The notes under the pieces: model-generated
The model's database searches: none
Told to the model about the DNA's origin: nothing
What the model saw: the letters and a program-made list of their open reading frames with translations, nothing else
In this document: one piece after another, positions 59,271 to 64,000 of the stretch
Layout: every line of letters begins with the position of its first letter
How positions within the stretch are numbered: the first letter of the stretch is position 1
NCBI GenBank assembly: GCA_040437565.1
Contig: JBDOQK010000058.1
Span: forward strand, 1-64,000
DNA from: Albugo candida
Taxonomy: Eukaryota
Length of the DNA: 64,000 bases
Reading direction: 5' to 3'
Translations under genes and position numbers: made by a program

Positions 59271-59626
59271 TGTATTCCTGTTCTTTCCTCCTCCAGCAAA
59301 TTGTTGTAATTCAGGTGGAATTCTTGCCGGTCATGAAAGCATGAAAGCCAAGAGAGACTGCATCTTATTAGGCGTTTGATATCCAAATACTCGAAGATAA
59401 ATCGACACTCCAAATTCTTATCAAAGGCGTATAAAAATGACTCGAAATACATTTCAGGATTACTCACAACCCATATTTTTGTCTAATGTCGAGGTGGCGT
59501 TCATCACTAGCATACATTTCTGTTACAATAAACAGTTTGAATATGAACATAAAAACCCGAGCTGAAAATGTAATTTTCTGCATAAACTTTCCTCTTCCAT
59601 CACTGATATGAGATACAGTATCAAGG
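59271..59626. repeat. 356-bp duplicate of 58815-59170 flanking an N gap; probable assembly artefact
   Basis: Same sequence at offset 456 on either side of the gap at 59171-59270. Confidence 0.85.
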
Positions 59627-62600
59627 AAGATCATGAATGGCTTTTCTTGATGCTGCAACATGAATTTGAATAGGCAGTTGAACAAGGGACAGGATCAATC
59701 AATCATTCCCAAGATTGTAAAACATTTCAGCAGAGTAGCGTATCAGGATATCGGCCGATACCTCGGTATTTTGTTGAGGCAGATGATGATCAACCATCCT
59801 AGACCGTGATAAACTTGACCACCAAATCCATCGCATCTAATGCGAGCACATCAAGAAAAACACATCAGTGCTTGTTCACGTAATCGTTTACATTTTCAGC
59901 TCGTTTTTGAGGGAATTGTTTTTTCCACCCACCTTTTAATGTTGGGGGCACTTCTCTCAGAAGTATTGATTGGTAAACCCACCCTGGATGCATATAATAT
60001 GCCATGAACGGCCTGACCTGACTCCAGGAGTATTGAAAATCGGCTATCCGTGTCGCATCCGTAAGAAATAATGCAGAGTACCCTTTAAATTACAAAGAAT
60101 TCCGGTGGTAGAAAGCTGTCGCAAACGTGCTTTCGATTGCATCACAGGGCACTTCGAAATTCGGGCGATGCATACAAACGGTATAGCGGTATAAAGATGC
60201 CACCTTCACTGAAAACAGCTGCGTGCAACATCTAACGATGGCCCATACCATACCACTACAACCGCAGGGCGTCTATGCGCTTGAAAATCGGCTTAAACAA
60301 GTTGCAAATGTAATTACAAGTTATTTTAATTTTTGCTAGTGTTAAAAGAAATACGGCAAAAGATCGCTGTCCTTATGAGTCCATTTCTCATTCAGAAGAC
60401 AGATGATGGCGATTCGTAAATGCGTACTTTACTGTTTGCGAATGACACGGTACAACGAAAAGCATGAGAAAGTTGGCTGACCTAAAATTGGGATCACAGA
60501 AAGGTGTGTAAATATATGTTCTGATACCTTCAATCGGCATGCAGGACTGTGAAACTGCAGCCATATCTTGGAACAGCGGGGTGGAAATACCGCCGTAATT
60601 TGATTGGTCAGAAAGCCACGTGGTGGGTGGGAATAGCAGTTTCCTTTTTTAAAAGTAATTGCAAACTTATGCTTTGGTGCCATACGAAGCAGGCTATTTC
60701 GCCTAAGGTTTGTTACGAGAGGATCGATCTTCCATGGCAGATTTTCGTGGATAAGAGACTAATCGCCAAAGGTGATCGATTGAATCACAACTAGCTCAAC
60801 GGGTAATCACGTCACCCTTGTATTTTGACTGCGTGTGGTATCCCGCATGCACTCCTAATTCAACAGTGACCTCCAATGTTCACGCAGCTTGAGCTTCATT
60901 TTTGTCTGTACGGCGAAGAAAAGAGCGGGAAGAAAGCAAGATTGGGAGGTTGGTGTAGTAAATGTAACAGGGCGGTGTTTGCTTTGTCAACCCATTCGAA
61001 AATGAAACATGAAGAGAGACGAAAGCGATGTTAACGATTGGTGGAATCGGAAAGGGGTTAAGCCGGCCTCATCGAGGCTGTAGGAAAGCTAAGATTCCGA
61101 CAAGAGCTATATACATGACCATAAGGCGAGCTGAGTCGGGCTGACAGAGATGTGTGCTCCATACAAGCCATCGCATGCGACATGTACATTCATGTACGTT
61201 GTTTGCCATACGTGCCACAGTCAATGGAGAGCGCGAAAATTTGTGGATAGATAAAAATTTACTGAATAGATCTGGCCAGCTTGTACGCCATTACAACAAG
61301 CACAATAATCATTGTCCGAATGCGGCTGTAAGTGTCAACACTTCGTGCCTGGATGGTAGCTCGACGTAGTCAGTATTTGTATCTGCTCAATGTTCGAGAG
61401 TAGAGCTAAACTATAGAGAATGAGATGTTACAAATGGAGACGTTCCATGATTGACAGAATGATAATATTACTTCATCGAGCGGATGTACACAAGGATAAA
61501 CATAATATGCTGTGAAATAAATCTGTTGCGATATTTTGGCGGGATAAGCGTCTAACATGTGACAGCTGGTGACGATCCGTTTACATCATCTTGGCACAAA
61601 AAACTCCTATGATTGTTTGTGCCGCCTTTGGCACTTGAGGAGTCCGACGGAGAGTGAGACTGCGGTTGGCTTGATCGCTGCCCAAGTTTTGTAATTGCAA
61701 CACGTATTCTTGCATTATTATTGGCCGTACCTTTTGAGCTCGAGTACCTTATCTTTACCTGCAACATCTTCCATCTTTCATGATCTTGATTTGGTCGTTG
61801 GTCCACTACTAAAGACACGAATTCTTTCTGCCATTAAATTAACAAATACTTTAATCTTACACTTCTAGATCTTTGATTCATTGCAAGACGTGATTCCCCA
61901 ATTCGGCCATATTGAATCTACGTATATTTTCAAACATACGAGCTCTCCACATCACCGCACCGGATAACGAGAACTCATTTGCGATAAAGCCTGAAGGGAG
62001 CTTTGCTTCCTGCCGTCTAGGCATGTCATCAGATGATGATCTTCTAGCATAAAGCACCAGCTTGTCTTTGATTCATAAACTTTCACGGACCGCAGACATA
62101 CATTACATATGGAATTTATGTACTCTATTCTAAATGAGGCTTTTCTTGCAGAAGTGGGTGAAGGAACGTTTTGTCCCATCTGCAATTTGATTATCAGCAC
62201 TATCCGGGACCTGTTCAAATCGAAGTTTGGTTGCATATTCTACTCAATCCTCAAGCTGCTTGTTTCTGGCGATTTAGAGGTATCGCATTGCAATCAAAAA
62301 CGCACTGACCGATCATACCCGGTTTTACTTTCTCAGTAACTGCTATATTCCTGGATTCCTTATAACTTTCCCGCCTGTGTTTGCACGTTGTCAGAGATGT
62401 GTATGATAAACAAAGAAGCCGCTTCACATGGTATGCATAGGGTGCACATTAATATCACAAAGATTAGCAAGAGGGCGAGTAGTCGTTTCCAAATTCCCTT
62501 ATTACCAGATCTCGTAAATGTATGCGTTCATAAATAGCGTGCACATTCCATAAAAGTCTGTCAACTTGTCAACTTCCAAGTACCTCTTCATGAATTATAT

Positions 62601-64000
62601 CGAAGCGGTGAAGTTGTGTTTTGAACCAGCTCAAGAATGCTTGCATGTGAGAAATCATTACTTGGAAAGTCAGATGTTGTTTTTCTATTGACTCTCCTGT
62701 TCTTGCTTCATATAGGCCTCTTCTTCGTACGAATTCTTATATGTCAGTCCACCACACGACCACTTTCATCATCAGTAAAGCAGAATTCTTTTTGCTAAAA
62801 TTTCGTTATCACCTTGCATGACTCTATTAAGCTCCCATGCATCATAGTCAATAATTTGCAGGAAGCCAAAAGTATCCCGCTCAAATGCGTGGGCTAGCTA
62901 AAGTCGACGAAGACGTATTTTACCGCAGTGGTCTAGCTCTCGATCAGAACTGCACGAATTTTGGCTAGTTCATTATTTACAGCGAAAAATGTCGATGCGA
63001 ACGGTGTCGCCAAATCTCTGCGCAGTTCCTGCACCCGAAGAAAAGATACCAGCGAAAAGAGCGGGAGAATAGCATTCGCAATTGGGGGAATCTCCAGAAA
63101 GCGCTCTGGCATCTCATTATTTTGCTTCTCATCTATACCAGAAGTAATATATAACCAAACATCTATATCGGAACTATTACATAGCGTCAATGCTTTTAAT
63201 AAGTTTTGAGGCGAACCTCAGTTATCTGGCATTTTTGCATGGAATCAGCGAGCAACTCGCTGCAGCATTTTACATGTCGATCCAAGCATTGATATGTGCT
63301 TGAGAATAGCCACGTCTCCTTCGTAGTAAGTATCATTTCGCGGGAATCAGATTTTGTAGTCTTGCGAGTCATACACAGTAGTGACCTGTCCGTCCTTGGA
63401 TGAGTGTCCGGTAAAATATGGAAGTGCCAGAAAAAGTTGCAAAGAACATCACTGAAGTTAAAATGAATTTGTATTTTTGGTTTCCAATTCTTGTGGAAAC
63501 GCCTAGACATTTGCATTCGGCTGAACACCCATCGTCTTTCACTAAATTGTCAATTTTCTTTCTTGCGAAATACCCACAGTTTTGCTTCACCACTTTCCTG
63601 TATCATGATAATCGTCTAGACTCATTCCAATCCAACCTCCATTCCTACTAGTTGGCTCTAAAATTAGTTACAGGTATCGGATTTAAAGGTGACTACGAAC
63701 CTAGTCACATTAAATTATCGTCCTGACAGCTTGATCCAGTAGAATCAAAATTCAGTGAAATGATTGACTTCTATCGAAGCTGACGCGTAGAATCTCAGTC
63801 TACATTTCGTATGTGACAATCTTGATGTATATGCCAACCGCATACGCATTCCTCGACAAGAAGCAATTTATAGTCATCCCAATATCCATATAGACAGCCG
63901 ATCATTATACTTTGCTGCAGTTGATCATCCATGCTGTTCTTTTTTCTTAAATTTGAAACAAGAGGTATCCTTGCTGCCTAAGACATGATTTTTTCAAGTG

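Noticed and set aside
58500..60300. Possible tubulin-tyrosine-ligase-like pseudogene on the minus strand (DGRGK, QKY..NP..FD)
   Set aside because: The motifs are too short and degraded to support the call without a profile search.
60963..61432. Solo LTR bounded by TGTAACA...TGTTACA
   Set aside because: The flanks (GTAAA vs AATGG) give no target-site duplication, and there is no second copy or PBS in the window.

Overview
Eukaryotic, intron-containing DNA from a draft assembly with ten 100-N placeholder gaps. It is most likely an oomycete, possibly Albugo-like; this is inferred from a Crinkler gene, oomycete-type LINE and Copia remnants, ~50-nt introns and very short intergenic spacers. The window has three compartments. 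(1) 1-25.5 kb is a nested repeat graveyard: a ~410-bp tandem repeat that appears to derive from a ~137-codon coding module, at least four L1-like LINE remnants, a Copia remnant, a Mutator-like remnant, tRNA-derived SINE-like elements and an internally deleted Tc1/mariner element. (2) 25.5-52.3 kb is a very compact gene island: FANCD2, a stand-alone P-type ATPase N-terminal/actuator protein, UNC-50, a UPF0193-like gene, inositol polyphosphate 4-phosphatase, a cyclophilin, two secreted proteins, cytochrome b561, a P-loop kinase/2H-phosphoesterase fusion, an HVA22/REEP-like protein and DUS1. (3) 52.3-64 kb is gene-sparse, with a Crinkler REase-kinase pseudogene and unassignable decayed ORFs. The best candidates for something new are the kinase + 2H phosphoesterase + degenerate nucleotidyltransferase protein, the TGES-less actuator-only protein, and the decayed coding tandem repeat with its reconstructable insertion history. 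Five exact duplications flanking N gaps are probably assembly artefacts. All family assignments come from motif recognition by eye; no searches were run, and TE boundaries are approximate unless termini are quoted.
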